Positions 38,601 through 52,464 of a stretch of 64,000 nucleotides of DNA are shown here, one piece after another (the stretch's first letter is position 1; every line of letters starts with the position of its first letter). The notes beneath the pieces are model-generated. The model worked only from the letters and a program-made list of their open reading frames with translations. It was not told the origin of the DNA and did not search any database. The translations under genes were made by a program, and so were the position numbers. The stretch comes from Catajapyx aquilonaris (taxonomy: Eukaryota): the NCBI GenBank assembly GCA_000934665.2, contig KZ537962.1, forward strand, positions 124,001 to 188,000. The letters are read 5' to 3'.

Positions 38601-41600
38601 TCCACAACATCGTCATAGTCCTCATCTTTGCGCTTCTCCTGGCGGGCAACTGCACGCTCAAAATGCTCCTTCAAAATTTTATCCTCTAGCTTCATCACCT
38701 CAGCCATGTTCTCCTCAGACAAGCAGCCAGCACCAAGGGTTTCTATGCACTGTAATAATACAATAAAAACGAACTTTTTACATTTACAACAAACAATTCA
38801 CAGTAGTCAATCAATGTCACCTTCATGTTCAAAACCCAAACATGATACAACTTGCTTACAAATAAAACTTTTATTGGCAAATTCTGATGACAAAAGTTGA
38901 GAAGTGCCACTGATGAGTGAGCAACTCATTTTCCAACTTCTCCCAGCAAATTTTTCCCTGCAGTTTCTGACCAAAGTGGCATCTGCAAGGTCTGATAGGG
39001 AAGTTAGCAACAATCAATACCATTTTATAAATCCTGAATCAACTATCTATCTTGAGTGGTACACACAGTGTCATCTCAATCACTGAACAGTAAAAATTAA
39101 ATTAAATGTTCCTGAAACCTATACACCACAATATGTAGATTTTGCATTTTATTACGACATATGCAATTTTTCTCTGCATTATCAGTTCCAAAGACTAGGT
39201 TCAGCTTAACTGCAGGTAGATTTCACATTTCACTTAAAAAATGATCAAACCATATTATGAATGATGACCCACAAAGCACAACTCAACTTTTGAAGCCCTG
39301 AATTAAACACACTTCCATAATAATTCTTGAGAATGGGAAATAGTGCTTACCCTGGCTAGAGCATACAGGTGGTCGGCCAAGACTTCCTTTTCTGGTTCTG
39401 TGTCGATGGCTTTGAGCAATTCTGGACAGCTGAACAGCCACATGGATTGAACGTACTCAGGACCTGCCATATTAAGCACAAAAAAACAGGTTGATGTGAT
39501 ATAATTATGATACAGCAACACTTGCAGGCATTAAATATAAAGTGTGTAGTAAAAGCAACCATCTCCACACAAGAAAGTTTATAAAATTTTTCTGAAATGG
39601 CATAGTTCCGCCATGTTTACTGGAGAGAGAACAGGTTTCTTCCTGCTAAATTTAAATCAACATAATATTTTAAAATAAGCAAGACCATCTGCATCTTTCA
39701 ACCTCTTCAAAAGTTACACATGCTCTTCAGCTTAAAAATTAAACACAAAACTGCATCAGTTGTAAAATCAAAGGAAATCAACATTAGTCTACACATATTT
39801 TGTTGCACCAAACATGAGTCTCTTTTAAGTCACATAAATATGTTGAAATATTGAGTCCAAACTCTGGCCATGAGATAATTTATTCTTCCTGAAGAGAATC
39901 ACCATGTAATAGGCATAAAGCAGCATTTACATGCAAACGATTTGATCAGCGATGTTGCAGCAATGCCATCCCGGAGAAAAAGTAACAATCGTGGTAACAA
40001 TGTATTTTCGCCCCACACAATTGGTCTCATCACTAGGCGATGACATCATTGCAACAAAGCCAATCAAATCACTTGCATGTAAATGCAGCTTAACATGCTA
40101 CTAAAAACGAAAATTAACTTCTGTCTGTGGTATAACAAAGCTTGTGGATGTAACAGACCAAATTACACTGAAAACTATTGCCACATGACTAGGTGAAACT
40201 AACCAACAATTTTCATCAAGTCTTTTAAAGAATCAGTAGCCTATATTCCTGGTAGGACCAAGTAAATATTAGTTTCTCTTTGACACTGATATGCCTACAT
40301 GGCACAAAAAACAAACTGGTGGAACCACATAAAATCATGACCAGTGGGTGAACACCCACACATACATTCTCTCTCTCAACTTAACCAAGTCATGGAAAAT
40401 GAAATTGCGGCAGTGTACCTTTTATCTTGGCACAATCCAGCAAGTAAGGCAAACTTTCAGATGCAGCAGTTCGAACCCCATCATGGAAGTAGAACTTGAG
40501 CATGGAAACCATAAGTTTGACAACTTGCTCTGCATAGCCAGCAAAACTCTCTTTCAGTTCACGAGCGTAGCAGACCAGCATCTGGCAGGCAGTGGCTTTG
40601 TCCTCCAAGCCAGCTGTCCTGATACCAAAATTCTGCTGCTCTCCCAATGACACAAACTGCCACTCCTCATCCCCATCTACAGCTTGCATATCCTCATTGT
40701 CCAGTACAGCAACTTCTGGTTTCAGTGATGCAACCTTCATCACTGGGTCCATAACCATTGGAAGGTATGGCTCAAAGCGCTTTCCTATTAACAAAGAACA
40801 TATGTCATTAAGTAACTCACTTAGTATTACTTTAAATTACTTCAAATATGCACATCCTGCATGCTAGTTTTTAAAAATTCACATTGTAATATAAAAGATT
40901 AAGTCACCTAATATCTTGCATAGTCTTGCCCAGGCAGAAATCATAAATGAAATTTGAGGATCATCTGCAGCAAGTCCATCAGTTTGGGACTTGAGTAACA
41001 TCTCCATCACTTCAATAGCATCATTCATAAACTGTAAACGAACACATGTTATGCAACATAATATATAAGTTGCAAGCCTCTGAGTGCACATGCATCATCT
41101 TGTGAAACAACCCACCTTCTCTGAACCAACTGCTAGACCAATAAGACTGACACATTCAATAGTCTTCCCTCTAAGCATCCTGAGCTCTGGTGTAACAGCA
41201 TTCAAAATAATGTATTTGAGGCATGGCATCAGGCGGTCATAGTAGCCAACAAACTTTTCTTCTGCAGTGTCTGCCACTGAGGCTATGGTGGTAACAACCT
41301 GCTCCAGAACTAGTTTGGTTCCCTTTTCCACCAGCTGATCAGTGCAGAAAAAAAGAAAATTAGGCAATTCTGTTAAATTCTGAGCTAATGGGTGGGCAAC
41401 TACCTCCAACCAGGCTTAATTACATTGGTGCTTGGGAAACAGTTCCTTTAGGAGGATCTGTACCCCTGTGATTACATAGGCACATTACAAAGATCAAATC
41501 ACACTTGGTGTTGACAGCACTCAACATGTTATCCTGTATAAGAATAAAAGTACCAATGCTATACCTCTTTGAACTTAGTAGTTAAAACAGCTTCCAGCTT

Positions 41601-44600
41601 GCCCATGATTGCATCCAGATATTGAGTAAATATATTCTTTGGGCAGTCTTCGCTGAAATTGACCAATGCAGCACCAGCATGTGCTTGCACTCGAGGATTT
41701 GCATTGTCATCCAGAACCATAAGGAGTCCAGGAACTACTTTGTCATGGAACTTCTTCTCAAACACTGGGGCAAAGTCAGTGGCCATTTGACCCAGGGCAT
41801 TGCAAGTGGCATAACGAACACGAGGATGCTGCGGGAAAAAATAAAACAATATAGTCAAAAAATATATCAAACTTGTAATCTACAATCAAAATCAGAATTG
41901 AAGATTTGTCAGTGTTTTACTCGGTTTTACCAGTCAACACGGACCTGGTACTTTTCCTTTCAAATTAGTTAATTCACAAGCACAACATAAACATGACTTG
42001 AATATTACTGCACTGTACTTCAAGCACACCAGTGTGGAGACACTTCTCTCTTTCCAGTGGATGGAAAGGTGTAAAGTAACTTACAGGGTCTTGAAGAAAG
42101 GGAAGAATTCCATTCATAATGTCAGGCAGCATGGCTTCCATCTGCTTGTGGCAGCCTTCACCTACTGCTGACACAGCCATCAGAGCTGCATGACTGTTTG
42201 TTATTTAATTAGTTTATTATTGGCACCATAATGAAAGAAATATCCTATCCAGGCTGTATAAATCTCACCGGTATTTCCAATCAGGGTTGCGCAACATTTG
42301 TGGTATGCTTTGAACGATGTCTGGCAGAACCGTCTTCCCTCCAAGCCCACATGCCAACCTGTCAAGGGATGACTCAGCCACCACTGCATTGCTGTAAACA
42401 TCGCAAGTATATAATTTTTCCCTTTGCTTGTACACCTTATATACATTTCTCTTCCCAAAAGGTATCAACTATGGCACATTTACAAGCCCATGACAACTGG
42501 TCCTAGAGTGCGAATAAGGCAGTTTTAGAGATTAGCATATGACATCAGGCATAGCATAAAATCTTCACACTGCGTCTGCTCCTCCCTCTGATTGAATCAT
42601 TCAATCAAAACCAGAGAGAAAGGAGAAGGGCCACATCCTTTTGCTTCTTTTCCTGCCAGGGCTTTTCTCGCAAGTGATGAATAACTGCACAAAATCTCTA
42701 TTTAAACAGTTTGTTGGAGCAGGGGGTTCCCCTGCCAAAGCAGGCTGATGATGAGATCGGTCACACTCGACATTTTTTTTAAATGCATTGTGAAACAGAA
42801 CTTGCATATTCTCACAGCCTGTTCACTCACCCATTTTCATTGTAACATTATTTTAGTACGTGACCAAAGCATTCCAAATAGTTTCAAAATTATGGAAATC
42901 TACTTCAGTTATTGCAGCATGCCGGCCACCCCGGGTTATGCTGGCATGCGCTTTATGAAAGGTAATACAGTAGATATTCCAGTTTCCTTTTTTGCCCCCT
43001 TTTGAACACCATACTAGTATTCTATGCTTGAAGCTCTTTATTGCCATGCTAAAATGACAAAATTAGCTTTCTATACCAGTTCTTATGAGCTTGTCAATGA
43101 ATCTTCAGCCTCAAACTTCCATGATGCATCATCATTTCAAGGAAGCAGTGGCACAAAACATTTCAAACAAACCTGTCATTGTCTTCTTCTGCCAATTCAT
43201 CACTAATGCTCCAATCATCAATGTCTTCCAAATCTGCCATCATCTGTAGTATTTGTGGTATTAAAGTTGGAATGTACTTCCCTCCAATTTTTCTAACCAT
43301 TGCTGGTGCCGTTTCTGATAGCGTCACAATAACTTCCAGAGCTAAGTGACGCCAGGAGTCTAAAACTTCAGGATTTGAAAATACCTGAAAGTTATATGTA
43401 AATCTATTTTAGAAAGTCTCTATTACACACTTGTTATGGCCTGCAGAAACAGTAATAATGTACAAAATATCAACATTTTGTGTACAAAAGGCTTACCTTC
43501 ATGCACAGTTGTAATATGTTATCCAGGTGTGGCCTCAAATATTTGGGGACAGTTTCAGCAAGGTCTATCATGCACTTCAGCAAGGCATCGTCCACCTGCT
43601 GCTCTATGCTCTCTGCAGTTACCTGTACCAATCAAAGTCACTCAGGATCATAATCGTCATCCAAAAGTTTGCCAACATTATATTTCTTAGACTACCCCTA
43701 ATCTTCAGCTGTCCCATGACTGACACACAACTTCTAGCCTCCCAGTACAGGTACACCACCCAACAACCCCACATCCCATCTTCTCTTGGAAAAATTGCCA
43801 ATTCCCAAGTAACCCCTACTTGTGGTTATTGGGGGTGCCCCACAATTAAGGCACAAAAATAATCAAATCATGTGTTCTCAGTCATGATGGAAAAAACTGC
43901 CTTGTATCTCAGCAAGCTTGCACATCCAGCAAAGGTGGAAGCATGTGCGAGTGCAACTTGATTCATTCATGCTACCCGCTTGCCTGGTGCTCCCTGTGGG
44001 GGTACCAGGCATTTTTTTCCAGCACTGCAATGGCAAGTACATTCCCAGGCTGGTTTTGAATGTTTCTTTACGGTATAAGTTATATTTTGCAAACATTTTG
44101 TCAACTTAATGCAGTAGTAAGGTACACTACTGAAAAAAATAACCTTGAATCGCCACAAGTAGTGCCAAGCAGACATGTGTTGTTGGAAGTGTGCAATGAA
44201 TCAACCTGAACTTTACCCCTGCTTCCACTCACTTTCACACTGGCACTGACTGTGGGGATGCAAGGCTATTTTTTCCAGAAGTGTACAAGACCAGGCACGA
44301 GGAAAAATATCAGCTGATGTGGTTGTCAACAAGCCAGTGTTGTTAAAAAATAAATTTGCATGCATCCTCAAATATTAAAAACTTGAGAAGGTCGACAAAC
44401 CTCAGAGGTAACGGATAGAGAACGTGAAACTTCAGATAGGTATTGCTAGACAGTAGCTTTTCATTGTTGAAATAATACTGTATCTGATATTAGGACACTG
44501 TCTGACACTTGAGAGGGGACAGAATTTTTTTAACATCCTATGAAATAACAAGACAATGCAAGCTAAACTCACCTGAATAACTCCAGGCAGTAAGTCTGAA

Positions 44601-47600
44601 AAGTGCTTCTGAATGGCTACTTCCTTGTCATGAAGAAGGATAAACGCACATGTTGCTTTCACTGCCTGAAACCTCACCTAGGGCCAAGGAAATAAAAATA
44701 GTCAGCATGTGTTGCTAGGGACTCCACACATTTCTAATTTCACCTCGTGATTTGACTGGTCCATGAGAGATTGCTGTAGCATTTGTTTGATGACATCCAA
44801 GTAATGGTTCTGTTGGTTTCCAAATACACCTGGCACTGAAGTGAATAACTGCAGAGCACTCTCCTTGAGGGCAGGAGAAGGTGAGTTGGCGCATTCAAAC
44901 AGGAACCGAAGAAACTCAGGCCACTGGTTATTGCCATCGTCGTCTATAAAATTGCGCGCAACCTCTGCTGCCAAGTCACAAAGCTTCTTGCGTAGGCTCG
45001 GAGATAGGCTTTCTTGTTGTACAGCAATCAGCACTTGGTCCTTCAGTTGATTCTGGGCTTCAATCGGCAACTGTTGGCAATTTAATAATTAAAATTTATC
45101 TGTAATACGGTAATGCAAATTAAGCATTTTAATATCATTATATGAAAGCCAAATTTACTGACAAATTATAATTTATCCACATTAAACTTTTCATATACCT
45201 AGACACAACATAGTTCCATTTTCTGTCATGTACACATAGAAAAAAAAATATTGGTTTATCAAGGTCACGAACCGTGGGGTAAAATTCCATAAAATCTGAG
45301 GACAGCAACCGCCGGAATAATACAGCAGAAATTTGTCTAAGATCTTCTCCCAAGCATCCATCACAAACGGTGGCCAGAAGCAAGGCCACCCTGGTGTTAA
45401 GAGGAATTGCATCATAAGCAGTCTGAAAGAAAATCATTTGCATGAGTATCTCACATGTGCAAGTTCAGTTTGAAAATGTGCTGAAATGAAATTATCAATG
45501 AGACAACACAACAGCATTTACAAAACTAGTTCATTATCTGACACGTTTGCAAGATGCAAATTAAAAATCCCCACAGTGGAGACATTAAGCAGCAGCATAC
45601 AGTCTCATCTCATTATCCATAGTGGTCCTCTGAGAAATATCTGATGAGGGTCACCCGCATCTTCAATTTTCATAACACTCGGTGAAAGAGAGAATTGAAA
45701 CAATGTCACGACAAAATAATAGAACAACCTACTTCTGAATTACAGCAGTGCATGCGCAAATTATATCTATATGTAGGGCTGTAGTAAATTACATGTCTTG
45801 TAAACTTCAAGATGCACGAAACTCCACTTACCAAGTTTTTACCTCTTCCGCTACATTAGTAGTAGTGTTATGCTCCACCAAACCTACTTATGCATGACCT
45901 ATTTCAATTTGTTTTTATATAAATTTTATTCTTAGAATTTATAACAAGTTTAGTAACCAAATAACTTGCACAGGTTGTGTACAATAGAGATTAAGAACAA
46001 TATGTCAGGTACATGTTCAATTCCCACACCCACATGTAGCTGCAGTGCAATCCTACTTCTACAATGGACATGTTACTTGTCATAGAAAAGAACACCTGTG
46101 ATAAGGTTAATTAACCAGACCTCTTCACCAGCACAATGCCAGGGAAGCTCTTATCTGTAACTATACTATTGCCCAGGTTATCTGCAGCTGCTATGCAACT
46201 TTCCTGTCAACAACTACTGACAGCACCTACAGCACGGTGTTGCTACATGGAATGTGCTATCAGTAGCATTGGTATTTATGTTATTAAACATTGAAACATA
46301 ACATGTTTATTGAAAAGTCACTCTAAGTTTGTCTTCTTTTCAGAAGATAATTAGTACTTTTTTTCACAGGTCACAAAAACGAATTTTTGTTCGCTGTAAC
46401 CTGGCATGGCAACATAATGTCATAAATTCCTTGTGACATTGTTACTATTCCCTCCCTGAGAGGACTTCACATAGATTTGATTCATTTGGCTATTTGGAAA
46501 TGCCAAACGATTTTGCTCCTGGGCAAAGAAGGAAGTGCAAGGCTATCCAGACACATCAGTACCAAAGCACAAGACTCAACAAAGTGAAGGTTAACAGCTG
46601 GGATTTGAACCCCTGAGCCCTGACCTTCCACCTTGCTCACCAATATTACCATGTTCCTGCAGAAGTGAGAAATATGTTGATTGCAAAATTTAGAATTGGA
46701 ATGAAGCTAAGCACATGACAAACCCATACCCTGGAGAGTAACAATAGTAGCAAAATTCCCAATGGAATTTTAGCAGCCTCTGCTTATTTTCCTAGAAATG
46801 ACATTCCTTACCAATCTAACTTATAGGAATGGAACAATATTTGTCACAAGGTCACAATCTGGCTAGCAACAAACTCAGCATAATGGGAACACTCCTGTAC
46901 TTCTACCCTTGTTTACCTAGAAAATATTATCTTATAGAAGTCAAGGTTGTCATGCAGAGACAACCACCATACATCATTTCACCTGAATTATGTGTCTGCT
47001 AACAACAAACTCAGCCCTGCCTGCTTTGGGCAATAAATCCACAAAAGCACAAGATTCTATCTAGAAATACCACAACTTAAAATTACTTTCCATATTATGC
47101 ATCACGAGGAGCACTGTGTACTTCTCTCTCCCAAAAGTTATTTTCTTATGTCTAAAGCAGATGCGGAATAATCTGCATGAATGAATTTTCTTGTAGCAAA
47201 CCAGCCACAGGTTGAGTAAAATTTTGAATGAACATTTGAAACGGGTTGTCATGCTAGCCTCGTCTGAAATACAAAAATTATTCAGGTAGTCATTACAGAG
47301 ACGGCTGCAAATCAAAAATATGCCCTTGTTACCAGCCCAGTAGCAAACCTTCAACCTTTGCTTCTTTACTAACATGCTAAATGCTGCCCATCCCACTACC
47401 TCATCCTAACTCTTGAAAAGTGCGACCAGTTAACACAACCATCTTACATAACCATCAAAATCCAGTCACATTATGCGCCCACCCCGCAACAAACAAACAG
47501 TCGTCCCCAAGGCACCCTCCAGGCCTCCACATCAGCCCATCCCACCAACCCTTGGACCAGGGGCCTGGAGAGCCCAATACATTGTAGTGCCATGTGGAGG

Positions 47601-47783
47601 TGACCCTTTCCGCCAGCCCTGGCCCCTTCCCTCCCTGGCACCCCGATGTCCTTCCAACGCGACGGACCACGTGCCCCAAGTGTTCCAACGTCCATGTCTC
47701 ACCTCAGCCTGCGACCTGATGTCGTTGTCCGCGTTGAGCAAGCTGCCAAGCAATTGCTGGAATTGCTGCTGATCCGTCGCCAT
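35605..47783 (-). CDS. IPO5: Importin-5 / karyopherin beta-3, 17 coding exons
   Basis: Exons 47703-47783, 45273-45422, 44744-45070, 44573-44677, 43497-43622, 43173-43384, 42269-42391, 42085-42193, 41565-41828, 41116-41334, 40908-41031, 40419-40784, 39351-39463, 38459-38749, 37214-37584, 36576-36795, 35605-35694. Motifs [78 protein letters not shown]. Candidate AATAAA (minus) at ~35152. Confidence 0.97.
35845..36539 (+). mobile_element. Non-autonomous DNA transposon, copy 1 (ISL2EU/Harbinger-like), last IPO5 intron
   Basis: 14-bp TIR GGGGAAGTAGCCTT...AAGGCTACTTCCCC with AT on both sides; no ORF. Superfamily inferred from the AT TSD. Confidence 0.85.
36899..37016. mobile_element. 118-bp hairpin MITE (TAG...CTA termini, Academ-like)
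   Basis: TAGTCTGGTGACCCGGGGTAGCTTGCCC pairs with GGGCAAGCTTACCCGGGGTCACCAGACTA; no clear TSD. Confidence 0.65.
37649..38321 (-). mobile_element. Non-autonomous DNA transposon, copy 2, inverted relative to 35845-36539
   Basis: Same TIR and AT TSD. The reverse complement aligns by eye to copy 1 across both ends, with a divergent middle of about 90 nt. Confidence 0.85.
39919..40090. mobile_element. PIF/Harbinger MITE
   Basis: TAA TSD; TIR AGCAGCATTTACATGCAA / TTGCATGTAAATGCAGCT (1 mismatch). Confidence 0.75.
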
Positions 47784-49304
47784 TTTTCGGCCGGGATAGT
47801 GAGCGAGGGAGTTGAAGGCAAGGTGGAGGAGAGGGAGGGGGAGAGGGTGAGAGGGGGGAGGGGATGGGGGAAGAAAGCACTGGCGGGATTTTGAGAGAGA
47901 GAGGGCGCCAATTGCGCGGCGGATTGCGCACCGAAAAGGATGTGACGCAATGTGACGTTACTTGGAGACGGGAAAAAGCACAGCGGTTCACACGTGGCAG
48001 AGGTAGCCAAGTTGACTAATAATGCAATCCTTGCACGGACATTAGTGCAGGTCTGACCATTTAACGATAATTAAAGGCTGGATTTTGCATTACAACTGGA
48101 AGGGAATTATTCGTGAAAATAATAAGGACCGTAAATAAAAAAGCCAGTAGCATCAATATAACAGTAACAGTTTTCGTAACTAGCAGTGAATGGGGAGCTA
48201 ATATGAGGGGGAAGAAAGCATGGGAGGACGTGATGTGATTCTGTGCCGCCAGAGGCGCAACTATCGGTTCCCGCCTAAACACAAATGATGATTCGGTCGT
48301 GGTCTACGAGTGTTGCACACTCTCGTCCGTCATTTACTGGCTCTACGGTCTAGTTGAACTGTGTCCCAGGTGGTGGAAATGTGGCAGTGTAATTTCAAAC
48401 TTAGGATCATGTGTGCTTGCGAAAAATAAATTGTTAGTGATAGCAAGGTGATAGTTACTTCAGAGTGAGAGACATTTTGCGCTACCCAATCTTGACTCAT
48501 AATAGACCTAATATATCTTATAGTCGCAGTGTAGGCATGCAATAGGACCTGATTTCTCACAAACGCACAGACAACTCAAGATTAACATGTTTACACGAGA
48601 TAATCTCGTATGAAGATTTGTGATTTTTCACCAAGGCATGCTATAATTTCTTATTTTGATTTTACACTTAAAATTACTGCCGCTTTTAAAAACCTGTCAA
48701 CAAAAGGCAATAAATGTGATGATAATGATTTCTAATCCCTGTTAATACCGGCATATAGGCCTACTGCATTCTGCAATATTTTTCCAGACAAGTTTCGCCC
48801 AATTGTATCCTGGCGATGTACAACCATCATCACACACTTCCCCAGATGTTGATGGTTGCATAGCGCCAGGATGAGTTTGCCAAAACGTCGTTGACGTACT
48901 GTACTGTACAGTACAGCCTAAAGCACATGCTGATTCATACAAACCTTTCGTGCCATTTCATCGCGTGCAAATCTGGAAATAAGTGAAGAAAATCCGTCTC
49001 TCTCATCCGAACTAACTGTACAGTACGTAAGTGCTGGTCCTGACAGGGGGTGCTGGGGACTGTGAAATTCAGAACCATCTCCGTCCATGTCACAATTAAC
49101 GCCGTAACTGCTGTCGTCAGTCTGCCTCCAAGCACAAGTATTGCAGTGGCAGCTTCATAAACTTCTTGAAATAACTTGATGGCATCGATTTGACGGAAGA
49201 TTATACTACCAGCAGGATGACACTTGCATGCCACACTACCAACGAGTCCATGGCATTCATATGCAGCCAAGTATGCAGCTTCTTTGAGGATCCCATAATT
49301 TCCA

Positions 49305-49370
49305 CGGACCAGTAACCACCCAAATCACCGGACCTCACTCTGATTTTTTCCCCCCGCTGGGGATACCTAC
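49305..49370 (+). pseudogene. Tc1/mariner transposase C-terminal relic
   Basis: Translates, with a frameshift, to PPKSPDLT..DFF..WGYL, like the WPPRSPDLTPLDFFLWGYL motif. Confidence 0.55.
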
Positions 49371-51196
49371 TGGAAAATCGCCCTGTACAATGACCACATT
49401 GGCATTCTTAGCTTTGCGTATAATTCAACACGTCAATCACTACACTATAATTATTTGCAATCTGATTCTCAGAACACCAAATCCACCACTCCTAAAATAA
49501 TCATCCCTTCTAGTGATCCAAATATTTGAACACCCCACAAACGCCCGCAACGAGCTCATCCGGATGTTATTGACCACAAAGTCCAACAGCTCCAAATGTG
49601 TTGAAGCTACCGTTACACTTTGCACCGATGCCCACTCATATTTCGCCTTGCACATGCCATGAAGCGAATCAGGTCCGACTTTAAAATGACGTAACTCCTG
49701 TGTAGTGAAATGTAGGAAGTTGCAAAGAGACGGAAGCTCCGCCCTTTCCTCCTTTATTCTCCTCTCGACGAGAGACCATATCCCAGCATCACCGGTGGTC
49801 TCACACATGGAAGGTGCGTAAGGTTGTTGGTCTTTGGGCGTAGGAGTCAAAAAGGCGGTGCCAAATCGCCTCCTTTAACCTGATAAGATAACATGCCGCA
49901 AACGTCCTGTCCGTGGTAACACACAGTGCTGGTGCTCCACATAAGGCCGACTCACACCAGGACGTCACTCACGCTAACACTACATTTTCTGGCCTGGAAA
50001 TGATGCAGATGGATGCGTAACTCGGGTTTCCGGTAAGTGACTTTTTACCGGTTGTTAGTGCGTGCTGAGTCATAGTTTAGTCACAGGTAGGACCAGTTAT
50101 GAACTGAGCTGAGGTTTGAATAAGTGCGCCGGAATTATTTGGATTCTTGAGCATGACAAGTGGTCAGCTGCGACCTTAGGAATTAATTTCCATTGTTTGG
50201 TCCGTGGTCTACTTTCACTCTACAGGTATGCTACTTGTAATCAATCCTGTCTATCAGTGAGTGATAATTTGCTGGAATTCTCGAGACATGGCGTCAAGTA
50301 CGCGGTATTGCGGTTGGTAGTATTGCACACAACATTTTTAAAGCCCTTAGGATTATTTCTACGAACTGCTATATAGCTTTGTGTTCCTTATCTACAATGC
50401 GCAGTGCCCCTTCGTTATGGATGTTCGGCAATATTACATGCTTGTTACTTTGCGCATTATATCCGAAATCCACTGGAAAAGCAGCGCGTAATAATGTACT
50501 AAAACCCATAAGGAGAGCCCTTTGCAATGAAACAGTCAAGGCTAGCATTATTTTGCATTGCTCACGTGCAGGGAATACAAAGGGCAAGTAGAGGAATGCC
50601 ATTCGCAACCAGACATCGCGCAACAACACAAGCACTCTTCCTGACATAGACCTACATTTTGAGGCCCGCTAATTTTTGTCGCAGCTGTCAGGTGACCTAT
50701 TTTTTTATGTGCCAGTGACAACTCTCATTAACCAAGATTTATTGCGTCTTTTCAGGCACAAAATTTCCTAAACGAAGTCGGTCAGCAAAGTACACTTTTT
50801 TTTTTTTAACGATGACATTTTAGAGGTATAATCGCTTTATCTTTCGATGGCATTGTGATAAAAATGGGGTTTGCCAGATTAAAAATGACGAAACGAATAA
50901 CGGTATCGGTAAAAAAAAAGTCTTTTGGTGCGGATTTCTTGTTGTTTTAATGAGGTAGCTATAATAGTTCAGTCATGCCAGTACAGGAAGTCGCCCTTCC
51001 TTCCTCATATTGGATACCGCATCCGGAAAGACGTGTTGATTTCTATGCCACTTTGGTGTACTTAGGTTTTCCCCTTGAATAAGGAAATTTTGTAAAGGGT
51101 ATAAATGCACTGCAGATTATTACGCAGCATGGTGAATGATGGGTCATGCGATGAAAATTAATCACGCGTTCATTATCATCTCATTATAGGTAAACA

Positions 51197-52464
51197 ATGT
51201 CACAAAACAACAGCAAGGATGGAAACCAACCTTCAGCAGGACGACTGCTGAAACCTTTAAAAATTACAACAGTTGGCGATGGAACAGTTGGAAAAACTTG
51301 CCTGCTCATTTCTTACGTCCGAAAAGTATTTCCAACTGAATATGTTCCAACAGTGTAAGTATGAACAAAGTACTAAAGGTTGTCCCCACAAATATGTTTA
51401 ACACCTTGTACCCTGATTTCAGGTTTGACAACTATGCAGACACAATCCACGTAGACGGAGTGGATTACAGTGTCACATTGTGGGACACAGCGGGACAGGA
51501 GGAATATGAAAGGCTTAGGCCTCTCTCCTACCCTGGAGTAAGTTCAGTAATGAATTACAGATGAGATAATTGCCATATGAATAACTCCCTCCTTATTACA
51601 GACGGATTGCTTCCTGCTGTGTTACGCTATTGACAATCGCAACTCACTGGAAAATGTGACAACCAAGTGGTGGCCAGAGCTGCGCCATCACTGTCCAAAT
51701 GCTCCCATTCTCTTAATAGGTGCGAATCTGAATAGATATTGCATAAGTCTGGTCTTTCAGTCCTAGGTTAGATAATAATAATTATTGTTGCCATACAAGT
51801 GAACACATGAACAAAAAAAAAACAGTTTCAAGATAATAGAAAGCAAAGATTTAACATGTTCATATGCAGAGTGATATAAAAAAATCCTGGCTTCCTGGTT
51901 CCTTTTGAATCTTTAGGACTAAATGGATTTCAGAAGGCAATAAAGCAGAAAAAAATGTTACTTGGTAGTGGCATAAATAACTCTGAACCTCTAAAATTGG
52001 ACTTAATGTTTCACTTCTATGCAAATGATGTGTAATGCCAAGAATAGTCCAAGTTTTCCTGTGTGACAGGAGTTTATTTTGGTGACACTGAACAAGCACT
52101 GTGGGCCTGCACATAATGGGTTGAGGGTTATACATGTGCAGGCTCAGATACTTTTTATACTCGTCCACCTGTCAGTAACCAGAATATTCACTGAAGATCA
52201 AAATTTCATTGTTGAGATTAACGAGTCCATTGCCCATACTCCATAGGTACCAAGGCAGATTTGCGGTCTGGTGAGCACAATCCAAAAATTATTATGGCCA
52301 GCGAAGGGCGGAGGTTGAAGACAAAGCTCAAGGCAGCCAAGTACCTGGAGTGCTCTGCCATGCTGAGTGAAGGACTCTACGAAGTATTTCAGGAGGCTAT
52401 TCGAGCAGTGGTGCAGCAAAAGGCAGCGCCCAAAAAACCACTCTTTCAGTGCACTGTTTTGTGA
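51197..52464 (+). CDS. RhoL: Rho-family small GTPase, RhoL-like
   Basis: Exons 51197-51354, 51423-51537, 51602-51719, 52247-52464. Motifs [65 protein letters not shown]. Candidate upstream non-coding exon donor CCG|GTAAGT at ~50033. Subfamily assigned from recalled similarity to Drosophila RhoL. Confidence 0.88.

Noticed and set aside
38905..38940. Hammerhead ribozyme core (CTGATGA plus stem)
   Set aside because: The GAAA core and stems I/III are missing; the same applies at 42746 and 45641.
43030..43140. C/D-box snoRNA in an IPO5 intron (ATGATGA...CTGA)
   Set aside because: CTGA is too close to box C, with no terminal box D or stem at the expected distance.
49440..49850. 136-aa minus-strand ORF
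   Set aside because: Non-ATG start, no recognisable domain and no supported splice structure.
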